Shown here in pieces: positions 38,829 to 47,782 of a DNA stretch of 64,000 bases (position 1 is its first letter; each line of letters opens with the position of its first letter). This DNA comes from Mycobacteriales bacterium (GTDB taxonomy: Bacteria > Actinomycetota > Actinomycetes > Mycobacteriales > SCTD01), in NCBI GenBank assembly GCA_040902655.1, contig JBBDWV010000058.1:1013-65012 (forward strand). The letters are read 5' to 3'. The translations under genes and the position numbers were made by a program. Under the pieces are notes generated by a model that ran no database searches, was not told the origin of the DNA, and was given only the letters and a program-made list of their open reading frames with translations.

Positions 38829-41522
38829 GTGCTCCGCGACCCGTTGCCCTACCCGCGTCACTGGGAGGCCGACGTCGTCCTCACCGACGGCGGCACCGCC
38901 CACCTGCGGCCGATCCGGCCCGAGGACGCCGACCTGCTGCGTGCCTTCCACGCCCGGCTGTCCAAGGAGACGGTCTACAACCGCTTCTTCGCCTACCGCC
39001 CGACGCTGGCCGACCGGGATGTCGCGCGCTTCACGCAGGTCGACCACGGCGACCGGGCCGCACTGGTCGCCACGCTGAACGACGAGATCATCGGCGTGGT
39101 CCGCTACGACCGGCTGCCGGGCCGCTCCGACGGTGAGGTCGCCTTCGTGGTCGAGGACGCGCACCAGGGCCGCGGTCTCGGCGCGATCCTGCTGGAGCAC
39201 CTGGCCGCCGCGGCCCGCGAGCGCGGGCTGGAGCGCTTCGTCGCCGACGTCCTGCCGAACAACCGGCCGATGCTCAGCGTCTTCCGCAGCGCCGGCTACG
39301 AGCTGCGCCGGGAGCTGGCCGACGGCTACGTCGAGCTGGCGTTCCCGATCCGGCAGACCGGGACCTCGCTCGAGGTGATGCGTGCGCGCGAGCATCGGGC
39401 CGAGGCCCGGTCGGTGCAGCGGATGCTCGCGCCGCGTTCCGTCGCCGTCATCGGCGCCTCCCGCGAGGTCGGCGCACCCGGGCACGAGCTGCTCAGGTCC
39501 CTGCTGAGCCACGGTTTCGAGGGTCCCGTCTATCCGGTCAACCCCGCGGCCACGCACGTGTCGGGGGTGCGCGCCTACGCCGACGTGCGCGCGGTGCCCG
39601 ACGCGGTGGACCTCGCGGTCATCGCCGTGCCCGCGGCCGAGGTGGCCGACGTCGTACGCGCCTGCGCAGCCAAGCGGGTACGCGGTCTGGTCGTGGTGTC
39701 CGGCGGCTTCGCCGACGCCGGGCCCGAGGGGCGGGCCCGGCTCGAGGAGCTGGTCCGGCTCGCCCGGGCGGGAGGGATGCGCCTGATCGGCCCGAACGCG
39801 ATGGGTCTGGTCAACACCGACCCCGAGGTGCGCCTGCACGCGACCTTCGCCGGCGGTGCCCCGCCCGTCGGCCGGGTCGGGGTGCTGTCGCAGTCCGGCG
39901 CCCTGGCCGGCACCTTCCTGGCCGAGGCCGAGCGCCGCTCCCTCGGGTTGTCGGCCTTCGTCTCCATCGGCGACCGCGCGGACGTCTCCGGCAACGACCT
40001 GCTGCAGCACTGGCAGGCCGACCCGCGGACCGACGTGGTCATGCTCCACCTCCAGGGCTTCGGCAATCCCCGCAAGTTCACCCGCATCGCCCGGCGGCTC
40101 GGCCGGACCAAGCCGGTGGTGGCCCTCAAGAGCGGGCACGGTCCCGGCGACGTGGCCCTCGACGCGCTGTTCGCCTCAGCCGGGGTGGTGCGGGTGCGCT
40201 CACTGGGCCAGCTGTTCACCACGGCCCAGCTGTTCGCCCTGCAGCCACTGCCGGCCGGCCGGCGGGTCGGCATCGTCGCCAACTCCTGGGCGCTCGCGTC
40301 GATGGCCGCCGACGCCTGCCGCGAGGCCGGGCTCGAGGTGCCCGCCCTGGCGCAGGACGTGCGGGACCGGCTGACCGCCCTCACCGCCGCGGCCGGGACC
40401 GGCAACCCGCTCGACCTCGGCCCCTTCGCCGGCGCCGACGAGCTGCGCCGCGCCCTCGAGCTCGTGCTCGGCAGTGGTGAGGTGGACGCGGTGCTGGCCG
40501 TGGTGGTGCCGCCGCCGCACGGGCGGGACCGCTCGGCGGCGGCCGACGAACTCGGGGCCGTGCTGCGCGAGGCGGGAGCGGGGCCGCTGCCGGTGCTGGC
40601 CAGCTTCCTCGGGGTCGACGGTGTGCCGCCTGCGCTGGCCGTCCTCGGCGAGCACGGCGCACCCGTACGAGGGTCGGTGCCGTCGTACGCCTCGCCGGAG
40701 TCGGCCGCGCTGGCGCTGTCCCGGGTGGTCACCTACGCGCAGTGGCGGGCCCGACCGGAGGGGGAGGTGCCGGACCTGCCGCGGGTCGACACCCGCGCCG
40801 CGCGGCGCGCGCTGGCTGGGCTGCCGACCGACGGCAGCTGGCTCAGCCAGGGGCAGGCGGCGACGGTGCTGGCCCACGCCGGCATCGACCCGTGGCCGTC
40901 CGCACTGGTGAACGGCGTCGAGGAGGCGGTCCAGGCCGCGACCCGGCTGGGCTGGCCGGTCGCACTCAAGGCCGCCGACGAGCGCTGGCGCAACCGGCTG
41001 GACGTCGGGGCGGTGCGGCTGGGCCTGGCCGACGAGCACGCCCTGCGGGCGGCCTGGAAGGCGGTGCAGGCGGTGGCGGGGCAGGGTGCGGCCTTCGTGC
41101 AGTCGATGGCGCAGCCCGGCGTCTCGACCGTCGTGCGGCTGGTGCAGGATCCCTCGGCCGGGCCGCTGCTGTCGCTGCGCCTGGGTGGGGTGGCGGTCGA
41201 CCTGCTCGTCGACCCCGTGACCCGCACGCTCCCCCTCACCGACCGTGACGCGGCCGACCTGGTCCGGGCGATCCGTGGCTATGAGCTGCTGACGGGGGTC
41301 GTGTCCGGCGAGCCGGCCGACACCGGCGCCCTCGAGGAGCTGCTGCTGCGGGTCGCCCGGATCGGCGAGGAGTTGCCCGAGGTGGCCGAGCTGGTGCTCG
41401 ACCCGGTGCTCGTGCAGCGGTCCGGTGCGGTGGCGCTGCACGCCGGCCTGCGGCTGCTGCCGCCGGGCAGCGACCCCGAGCGGGGGCCGCGCCGGCTGGG
41501 TGCGTCCTACGCCGTGCTGTGA
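38829..41522 (+). CDS. GNAT / CoA-binding / acyl-CoA-ligase-like fusion (Pat-type protein lysine acetyltransferase)
   Basis: N-terminal GNAT (EVAFVVEDAHQGRGLG), PRSVAVIGAS, IGPNAMG, SQSG, NPLDL, ATP-grasp-like C-terminus. Confidence 0.85.
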   Translation: MLRDPLPYPRHWEADVVLTDGGTAHLRPIRPEDADLLRAFHARLSKETVYNRFFAYRPTLADRDVARFTQVDHGDRAALVATLNDEIIGVVRYDRLPGRSDGEVAFVVEDAHQGRGLGAILLEHLAAAARERGLERFVADVLPNNRPMLSVFRSAGYELRRELADGYVELAFPIRQTGTSLEVMRAREHRAEARSVQRMLAPRSVAVIGASREVGAPGHELLRSLLSHGFEGPVYPVNPAATHVSGVRAYADVRAVPDAVDLAVIAVPAAEVADVVRACAAKRVRGLVVVSGGFADAGPEGRARLEELVRLARAGGMRLIGPNAMGLVNTDPEVRLHATFAGGAPPVGRVGVLSQSGALAGTFLAEAERRSLGLSAFVSIGDRADVSGNDLLQHWQADPRTDVVMLHLQGFGNPRKFTRIARRLGRTKPVVALKSGHGPGDVALDALFASAGVVRVRSLGQLFTTAQLFALQPLPAGRRVGIVANSWALASMAADACREAGLEVPALAQDVRDRLTALTAAAGTGNPLDLGPFAGADELRRALELVLGSGEVDAVLAVVVPPPHGRDRSAAADELGAVLREAGAGPLPVLASFLGVDGVPPALAVLGEHGAPVRGSVPSYASPESAALALSRVVTYAQWRARPEGEVPDLPRVDTRAARRALAGLPTDGSWLSQGQAATVLAHAGIDPWPSALVNGVEEAVQAATRLGWPVALKAADERWRNRLDVGAVRLGLADEHALRAAWKAVQAVAGQGAAFVQSMAQPGVSTVVRLVQDPSAGPLLSLRLGGVAVDLLVDPVTRTLPLTDRDAADLVRAIRGYELLTGVVSGEPADTGALEELLLRVARIGEELPEVAELVLDPVLVQRSGAVALHAGLRLLPPGSDPERGPRRLGASYAVL

Positions 41523-41631
41523 CGACACTGTCGATCGCTGAGGGGGCTACCAACAGAACCCGCTGACGTGCAGGTATGCCGCTCGCGGATCCCACTGGTG
41601 ACGACCTGAGGGTGTGCCTCTGCACGCTGGT

Positions 41632-42390
41632 TCAGCGTGGTGCACGCCGGGCGGGCCTGCCCTTGGCGGGCTCCTCCGGCTGCAGGACGAGCCGCACTTC
41701 CTGCCCGCCCTGGACGTCGAGGATGATCTCGAGCGGTGAGTCGGGGACCTTCCGGAACCCGAGGATCCGCTTCCCGACAGCATCCTCGACCTGGAACCCG
41801 ACCTCAGGGCTGCGGAACGCGTACAAGCGGGCCAGGCTGAGGCGCAGTTGCCCCCTGGCTTCGTCGGTGAGGCTTGCGACCCGGGAGACGAGTAGGTCTC
41901 GGTCGATGCTCGTCGGGCAGCTCAGGTCAGCGACGGACTCGGCGATGCCGAACTCGGATGCGCCAGGCAGGGGGAAGTACCCGGTGGTCTCACCCGACAT
42001 GAGCTTCAAGTTGTCGGTCCGGATCCGACGTGGCGGCACGAGAGGGACCACAGCCACGAACCGGTCGAGTTCGGGATCCTCCTCGGCCTGTCGCACAGCT
42101 TCCGCCTTCGGTGTGGGCGGCTTGGAGCGCCGGAGCTGGGCGTACCGGACGTTCGCTTCCTTGTCCATCTGGCAGTCGTGCGTGATCACCATGACCGGGG
42201 TGAACCCGCCTGCGACGCTGAACGCCGGTTCCAGTTCGCTTCTGGCGGCGACAGGCACCCGCTCGCTGTCGAGGGGTGCCCATACAGGGTCAGTCGGAGG
42301 GACCGCCGCTTCGAGCCGCGCCACAGGCGCCCAGCAGATGTCGCCCTGTTGCAGCTCCTCCGGCTGGTCTGGTCGGTAGACGCTGATCAG
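41632..42390 (-). CDS. Putative PemK/MazF-fold protein (candidate toxin) with C-terminal extension
   Basis: LQQGDI ... PVMVITHDCQMDK ... VAVVPL ... GYFPLP ... VADLSCPTSIDR ... RVASLTDEARGQLRLSL follows the PemK/MazF motif order. The nearest in-frame candidate start is a CTG overlapping the upstream TGA. Confidence 0.55.
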   Translation of the reverse strand: MISVYRPDQPEELQQGDICWAPVARLEAAVPPTDPVWAPLDSERVPVAARSELEPAFSVAGGFTPVMVITHDCQMDKEANVRYAQLRRSKPPTPKAEAVRQAEEDPELDRFVAVVPLVPPRRIRTDNLKLMSGETTGYFPLPGASEFGIAESVADLSCPTSIDRDLLVSRVASLTDEARGQLRLSLARLYAFRSPEVGFQVEDAVGKRILGFRKVPDSPLEIILDVQGGQEVRLVLQPEEPAKGRPARRAPR

Positions 42391-42848
42391 CGTGAACCCG
42401 CAGGCGTGAACTTCCTGCGGACGGGGCCTCGCTCGACCGGTGCAGCGAGCGCTTCGGCTGCCGCAGTCCCCTGCAGTCCGGCCGCACTCTCTTCCTGCAC
42501 GTGGAGCCGCCGCCGCGGCACTGGCTGCCCTGTGCCTGCACGGAGTGCAGCGAGCATCACGGCTCGCGGGTTCTCGGTATCCGTGGCTCGTTGCTCTTCC
42601 ATGTGCAGCAGGTCGTCGATGCCGCAGCGATAGGTGCGTAGCATCCTGAACAGCGTCTCCCACCGGATCTGCTTGGTGCGTCCCTGCTCGATCTTCGACA
42701 GCTCGTCCGCTCGGATCCCGATGGCTTCTGCTGCCTCGCGGAGGGACCTGTCACCACGAAGTGAGCGCAGGCACAGGAGCAGCGCCGCCTCGTCGTCGCG
42801 GGCTACCTCAGCGGCTTCGCTGTGGGTGGTGTGGAACGCTGTCGTCAT
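42387..42848 (-). CDS. XRE/Cro-C1 helix-turn-helix protein (candidate antitoxin or autoregulator)
   Basis: LRSLRGDRSLREAAEAIGIRADELSKIEQGRTKQIRWETLFRMLRTYRCGIDDLL. AGGAGG RBS. Confidence 0.85.
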   Translation of the reverse strand: MTTAFHTTHSEAAEVARDDEAALLLCLRSLRGDRSLREAAEAIGIRADELSKIEQGRTKQIRWETLFRMLRTYRCGIDDLLHMEEQRATDTENPRAVMLAALRAGTGQPVPRRRLHVQEESAAGLQGTAAAEALAAPVERGPVRRKFTPAGSR

Positions 42849-42859
42849 CGAGTCCTCCT

Positions 42860-42900
42860 GGGCATAGCCAGTATCGTACCGGCTATGCCCGGTGACGCAA
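42860..42900 (-). promoter_or_regulatory. Sigma70-type promoter overlapped by a palindromic operator
   Basis: Minus strand TTGCGT (42900-42895)-N16-TACGAT (42878-42873). Perfect 10-bp arms gggcatagcc (42860-42869) and ggctatgccc (42881-42890) flank the -10 box. Confidence 0.7.
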
Positions 42901-43099
42901 GGGTCACACGGGTTTCGTGTACTGAGCCTTCATGAATGGGAGGCCCGGTCGCGAGACCGACGGTGGCAGCATCGACGACGACTCGGATCTCCCGATCGCG
43001 GCCCGGTGCACCGCCTGGATCGCGATCTCATCTGTCGGGGCGTCATGCTCGTGCCGGATTCTGTGTGCATCGGTCCCGTGTTCTGTGAGGACCGCTGGG

Positions 43100-43182
43100 T
43101 GGGCGAGGGGGGAGTTGAACCCCCACGTCCTTTCGGACACAGCGACCTCAACGCTGCGCGTCTGCCATTCCGCCACTCGCCC
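43100..43182 (-). tRNA. tRNA-Leu (anticodon GAG)
   Basis: GGGCGAGTGGCGGAATGGCAGACGCGCAGCGTTGAGGTCGCTGTGTCCGAAAGGACGTGGGGGTTCAACTCCCCCCTCGCCCA. Acceptor stem GGGCGAG/CTCGCCC, anticodon arm CAGCG-TTGAGGT-CGCTG, long variable arm, GGTTCAA T-loop. CCA is not encoded (CCC follows). Confidence 0.96.
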
Positions 43183-43285
43183 GAGTGGTGCACCGGTGAC
43201 CTGCACCGGACCGCGACGACTGTAGCGGACCTCCGGGAGCGCACCGGACTACCGTCGCGGGAGCAGCCGAGGACAGGAGCGCCCC

Positions 43286-44593
43286 GTGAACCAGGTGGAC
43301 CCTCAGGACGAGGCGGTCGAGATGTGCCGCGACCTCATCCGCTTCGCAAGCGTCAACGACGGCACCGGCTCCGGCAAGGGCGAGCGCGAGGCCGCGGAGT
43401 ACGTCGCCGGCAAGCTGAGCGAGGTCGGGCTCGAGCCGCAGCTGTTCGAGCCGGCGCGCAACCGCACCAGCGTCGTCGCGCGGGTCGAGGGCGAGGACAG
43501 CAGCCGGCCCGCGCTGCTCGTCCACGGGCACCTGGACGTGGTACCGGCCGACGTCAAGGACTGGACGTACGACCCGTTCGCCGCCGAGGTGGCCGACGGC
43601 GCCATCTGGGGACGTGGCGCGATCGACATGCTGGACATGGACGCGATGACCCTGGCCGTCGTGCGCGACCGGCTGCGCACCGGCCGCCGGCCGCCGCGTG
43701 ATCTCGTGCTGGCCTTCGTCGCCGACGAGGAGGCCGGCGGCGTCTTCGGGGCGCAGTGGCTGGTGCAGAACCAGCCGCAGCTGTTCGAGGGCTGCACCGA
43801 GGCGATCAGCGAGGTGGGGGGCTTCTCGCTGTCGGTGAACGACGACCTACGGCTGTACCTGATCGAGACGGCCCAGAAGGGCATGGCCTGGATGCGCCTC
43901 ACCGCGACCGGGACGGCGGGCCATGGCTCGATGGTGAACGGCGACAATGCCGTCACCCGGCTCTGCGAGGCGGTGGCGCGGCTCGGGGCGTACGACTTCC
44001 CGGTGCACGTCACCAAGACGGTGCGGGCCTTCCTCGGCGAGGTGAGCGACGCCTTCGGGATCGAGCTGGACCCGGACGACATGGCCGGCACCGTCGCCCG
44101 ACTCGGGCCGCTCGCGCGCATCGTCGGCGCGACGCTGCGCGGCACCGCGAACGCGACGATGCTCGACGCGGGCTACAAGCACAACGTGGTGCCCGGCCGC
44201 GCCTCCGCGATGGTCGACGGCCGTTTCCTGCCCGGCTTCGAGGACGAGTTCGAGCGCGAGGTGGACCAGGCCCTCGGACCGGACATCGTGCGGGAGTACG
44301 TCCACTACGACATCGCGCTCGAGACCGAGTTCGAGGGTGCGCTGGTCGAGGCGATGGCCGGCGCGCTGAAGGCCGAGGATCCCGGTGCCCGCGCCGTCCC
44401 GTACATGCTGTCGGGGGGCACCGACGCCAAGAGCTTCAGCCGGCTCGGGATGCGCTGCTTCGGCTTCTCACCGCTGCGCCTGCCGGCCGACCTCGACTTC
44501 TCCGGGATGTTCCACGGCGTGGACGAGCGGGTGCCGCTGGAGTCCCTGAGGTTCGGCGTCCGCGTGCTCGACCGGTTCCTCGACCGGTCGTGA
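43286..44593 (+). CDS. M20/M25/M40-family metallo-hydrolase
   Basis: HGHLDVVP, GRGAIDM, DEEAGG, HGVDERV. Confidence 0.92.
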   Translation: MNQVDPQDEAVEMCRDLIRFASVNDGTGSGKGEREAAEYVAGKLSEVGLEPQLFEPARNRTSVVARVEGEDSSRPALLVHGHLDVVPADVKDWTYDPFAAEVADGAIWGRGAIDMLDMDAMTLAVVRDRLRTGRRPPRDLVLAFVADEEAGGVFGAQWLVQNQPQLFEGCTEAISEVGGFSLSVNDDLRLYLIETAQKGMAWMRLTATGTAGHGSMVNGDNAVTRLCEAVARLGAYDFPVHVTKTVRAFLGEVSDAFGIELDPDDMAGTVARLGPLARIVGATLRGTANATMLDAGYKHNVVPGRASAMVDGRFLPGFEDEFEREVDQALGPDIVREYVHYDIALETEFEGALVEAMAGALKAEDPGARAVPYMLSGGTDAKSFSRLGMRCFGFSPLRLPADLDFSGMFHGVDERVPLESLRFGVRVLDRFLDRS

Positions 44594-44632
44594 GCCGGCG
44601 GCCGGGAACGGGTCCGGCCCGCTCGTCACCGG

Positions 44633-44821
44633 TCAACTGGGCAGCGGTGGCAGCGGGTCGCCCCGCAGCCGGCGCCGGACGGTGATGCTGCGCCGGCCGT
44701 CGCCGTAGATGCGGTGCCCGGACAGTTCCCAGTCGCCGTACTCCGCGTGGATGGAAAGCATTTGCCGGGTGCTGTCCCGGGACGCGTCGTGGGGCACCGT
44801 CAGCGCCCGGTACTCGTACAC
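44633..44821 (-). CDS. Small conserved actinobacterial protein (DUF5703-like)
   Basis: YEYRALTVP...LSIHAEYGDWEL...YGDGRRSITVRRR. GTG at 44821. Confidence 0.7.
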   Translation of the reverse strand: MYEYRALTVPHDASRDSTRQMLSIHAEYGDWELSGHRIYGDGRRSITVRRRLRGDPLPPLPS

Positions 44822-44846
44822 GATCAGACACTGTACGGAGGGCCGC

Positions 44847-45848
44847 TCAATCCTCGAGGTCCTCGGACGACCAGCGCGCCATCCGCTCGGGGTAGCCGGT
44901 CTCCGGAGACGACACGTCGTCGAGCGCCGAGCGGATCTCCGCCGGCAGCTCGACGGCTTCGGCGGCCAGTGACGCCTGCAGTTGCGCCGTGGTGCGTGCG
45001 CCGACGATCGGGGCGGCCACGCCCGGCCGGTCGCGCACCCAGGCCAGCGCCACGGCCACGGGCGACACCTCCAGCCCGTCCGCGGCGGTGAGGACCGCGT
45101 CGACGACCGACCCCGCCCGGTCGTCGAGGTACGGCGAGACGAACGACGCGAAGTGCTTGCTCGCCCCGCGGCTGTCAGCAGGCGGGCCGTTGCGGTACTT
45201 GCCGGTGAGCACCCCCCGGCCCAGCGGTGACCAGGGCAACAGCCCGACGTCGAGCGCCTGCGCGGCCGGCACGACCTCGCGCTCCACACCGCGCTGCAGC
45301 AGGGAGTACTCGACCTGGTTGCTGACCAGCGGCACGCGGCCCGGCCAGGCGCGCTGCCAGCTGCTGGTCGCGGCCAGCTGCCAGCCGCAGTAGTTGGAGA
45401 CGCCGGCATAGCGGACCTTGCCGGAGGCCACCGCCGCATCGAGGGCCGCCATCGCCTCGTCCCACGGCGTGACCGGGTCCCAGTCGTGCAGCTGCCACAG
45501 ATCGACGTACTCGGTCCCCAGCCGGGTCAGACTCGCCTCCAGAGCGCGGAGCAGGTGGCCGCGGCTCGTGCCGCGGCCCATCGGACCCGGCCCGGTGACG
45601 CCGCAGGCCTTGGTCGCCAGAACCACCTCCTCGCGCGGCACGACGTCGGCCAGCAGCCGGCCGATCACGCGCTCGCTCTCGCCCCCGGCGTAGACGTCGG
45701 CGGTGTCCAGCAGCGTGCCGCCGACGTCCCGGAAGGCGAGCAGCTGCGCGGCCGCGTCGTCCTCGTCGGTGTCGCGGCCCCAGGTCATCGTCCCGAGCCC
45801 GAGCCGCGACACGATCAGGCCGCTGCGGCCGAGATGACGCTGCTTCAC
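44847..45848 (-). CDS. Aldo/keto reductase
   Basis: SRLGLGTMTW, DTADVYAGGESE, DLWQLH, WSPLGRGVLTGKY. Confidence 0.92.
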   Translation of the reverse strand: MKQRHLGRSGLIVSRLGLGTMTWGRDTDEDDAAAQLLAFRDVGGTLLDTADVYAGGESERVIGRLLADVVPREEVVLATKACGVTGPGPMGRGTSRGHLLRALEASLTRLGTEYVDLWQLHDWDPVTPWDEAMAALDAAVASGKVRYAGVSNYCGWQLAATSSWQRAWPGRVPLVSNQVEYSLLQRGVEREVVPAAQALDVGLLPWSPLGRGVLTGKYRNGPPADSRGASKHFASFVSPYLDDRAGSVVDAVLTAADGLEVSPVAVALAWVRDRPGVAAPIVGARTTAQLQASLAAEAVELPAEIRSALDDVSSPETGYPERMARWSSEDLED

Positions 45849-45927
45849 GCCGGTGCCTCCATGCGCGGCGACGGTAGCGGGCAGCGGCCTGGATACCCTT
45901 CCGCCACACCGACCAGCAGGAGAGACA

Positions 45928-46977
45928 GTGCAGCTCGGGCTCAACCTCGGCTACTGGGGCGCCGGCAACGACGCCGACAACCTGGCCCTGGCCAAGGAGG
46001 CCGACGACCTCGGCTACTCCGTCGCCTGGGTCGCGGAGGCCTACGGCTCCGACGCGGCGACCGTGCTGGCCTGGGTCGGCGCGCACACCCGGTCGATCGA
46101 CATCGGTTCGGCCATCTTCCAGATCCCGGGCCGCAGCCCCGCCAACTGCGCGATGACGGCGGCGACCCTGGACACCCTGTCCGGTGGGCGCTTCCGGCTC
46201 GGCCTCGGCGTCAGCGGTCCGCAGGTCTCCGAGGGCTGGCACGGGGTCCGCTTCGACAAGCCGCTCGCCCGCACCCGTGAGTACTCCGACATCGTCAAGA
46301 TGGCACTGCGCCGGGAGAAGGTCCGCTACGACGGCCGGCACTACACGCTGCCGCTGCCCGACGGCCCGGGCAAGGCCCTGCAGCTGACCGTCCACCCGGT
46401 GCGCGATTCCCTGCCGCTCTACCTCGCCGCGGTCGGTCCGAAGAACCTCGAGCTGTCGGGTGAGCTGTTCGACGGCTGGCTGGCGATCTTCTACTCTCCC
46501 GACTTCGCCCGCGAACAGTTGGCGTCGATCGAGGCCGGGCGGGCCAAGGCCGGGAAGACGCTCGAGGGGTTCGACGTCGTGCCGACCGTCCCGATCGTGA
46601 TCGGAGAGGACCCGCGCGCCTGCGCCGACCCCGTCCGCTGGTACGCCGCCCTCTACGTCGGGGGCATGGGCAGCCGGGAGAAGAATTTCTACAACCAGCT
46701 GGCTGCCCGGATGGGCTTCGAGGACGCGGCCAGGTCGGTGCAGGACCTCTACCTCGACCGCAAGTACGACGAGGCGGCCGCCGCCGTACCGCAAGAGTTT
46801 CTCGACGCGACAGCATTGCTCGGCCCGAAGGAGCGCATCGCCGAGAAGATGCAGGCGTTCGCGGCCTCAGGCGTCACCACGCTCACGCTCTCGCCCTTCG
46901 CCGGTTCGCTGGACGAGCGGAAAGCGACGCTGCGGACGGCGTTGGACGCCCTCGAACGATCCGGCGTCGGCAGCTGA
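45928..46977 (+). CDS. LLM-class (probably F420-dependent) oxidoreductase
   Basis: WVAEAYGSDA, GLGVSGPQVSEGWHG, YLAAVGPKNL, YVGGMGSREKNFY. Confidence 0.9.
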   Translation: MQLGLNLGYWGAGNDADNLALAKEADDLGYSVAWVAEAYGSDAATVLAWVGAHTRSIDIGSAIFQIPGRSPANCAMTAATLDTLSGGRFRLGLGVSGPQVSEGWHGVRFDKPLARTREYSDIVKMALRREKVRYDGRHYTLPLPDGPGKALQLTVHPVRDSLPLYLAAVGPKNLELSGELFDGWLAIFYSPDFAREQLASIEAGRAKAGKTLEGFDVVPTVPIVIGEDPRACADPVRWYAALYVGGMGSREKNFYNQLAARMGFEDAARSVQDLYLDRKYDEAAAAVPQEFLDATALLGPKERIAEKMQAFAASGVTTLTLSPFAGSLDERKATLRTALDALERSGVGS

Positions 46978-47008
46978 GCCGCTCCTCGGACGCTGCGGAA
47001 CCGGACAG

Positions 47009-47782
47009 GTGAGGGTCGGGCGGGCGGCCGTCCTCGGGCTCACGCAGGGCGCCGCAGAGGTCATACCGGTGTCGTCGTCGGCGCAGCTGGTGCTGCTGCC
47101 CTGGCTGCTGCGCTGGGAGCAGCCGACGGACCGGACGACGTTCGCGGCCGGACTGCACGCCGGGTCCTGCCTCGGGATCGCCTGGGCGCTGCGGGAGGAG
47201 CTGCGCGGACTGGACCGGCGGACGCTGGCGCTGCTCGCCGCCTCGTCGCTGCCCGCTGCAGTCGCCGGTGCCGCCGTCGCGGACCGCGTCGAGGAGCGGC
47301 TCGGCCGGCCACCGCAACTGGCCGCTCTGCTGGCAGCCGCCGGCGCCGTGATGTGGTGGGTCGACGCGCGCCAGGCAACGCAGGAGGCCGACCCACGACC
47401 GGTCGACGCACGGCAGGCCGCCCTGGCCGGTCTCGCACAGGTGGTCGCGCTGATCCCCGGGGTGTCGCGTTCCGGCGCCACTCTCACGGCCTTGCGCGCG
47501 GCGGGGGTGGAGCGGGCCGAAGCGGAGCGGTTCAGCCTGCTGATGTCGCTGCCGGTCACGGCCGGAGCCGCCGTGCTCACCCTCGCCCGTGCCGATTGTC
47601 GGTCCCTGCGCGAGATGGCGCCCGGGCTGGTCAGCGGCACCACGACCGCCGCGTTGGCCGGAGCACTTGCCGCGACCCGCCTGCGGAGGCATCCCGGGCG
47701 GCCGCTCGCCGCCGCGGCCTTCTACCGTCTGGGGCTCGCCGCGGTGGTCGCCCGGCGTCTCGTCCGCGAAGGAGTTCCGTGA
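47009..47782 (+). CDS. Divergent undecaprenyl-diphosphate phosphatase (UppP/BacA paralog 1)
   Basis: QGAAEVIPVSSSAQL and PGVSRSGAT motifs, FSLLMSLP, multiple TM segments. Confidence 0.75.
   Translation: MRVGRAAVLGLTQGAAEVIPVSSSAQLVLLPWLLRWEQPTDRTTFAAGLHAGSCLGIAWALREELRGLDRRTLALLAASSLPAAVAGAAVADRVEERLGRPPQLAALLAAAGAVMWWVDARQATQEADPRPVDARQAALAGLAQVVALIPGVSRSGATLTALRAAGVERAEAERFSLLMSLPVTAGAAVLTLARADCRSLREMAPGLVSGTTTAALAGALAATRLRRHPGRPLAAAAFYRLGLAAVVARRLVREGVP

Noticed and set aside
41523-41631. attL/attR duplication of the tRNA-Leu 3' end
   Set aside because: The gctgaggggg segment gives no convincing match to the tRNA 3' sequence, and no integrase is present.
42904-43244. ORFs overlapping tRNA-Leu (42904..43206, 42930..43244, 42932..43225)
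   Set aside because: They span the tRNA gene and have no recognisable motifs, so they are treated as spurious.
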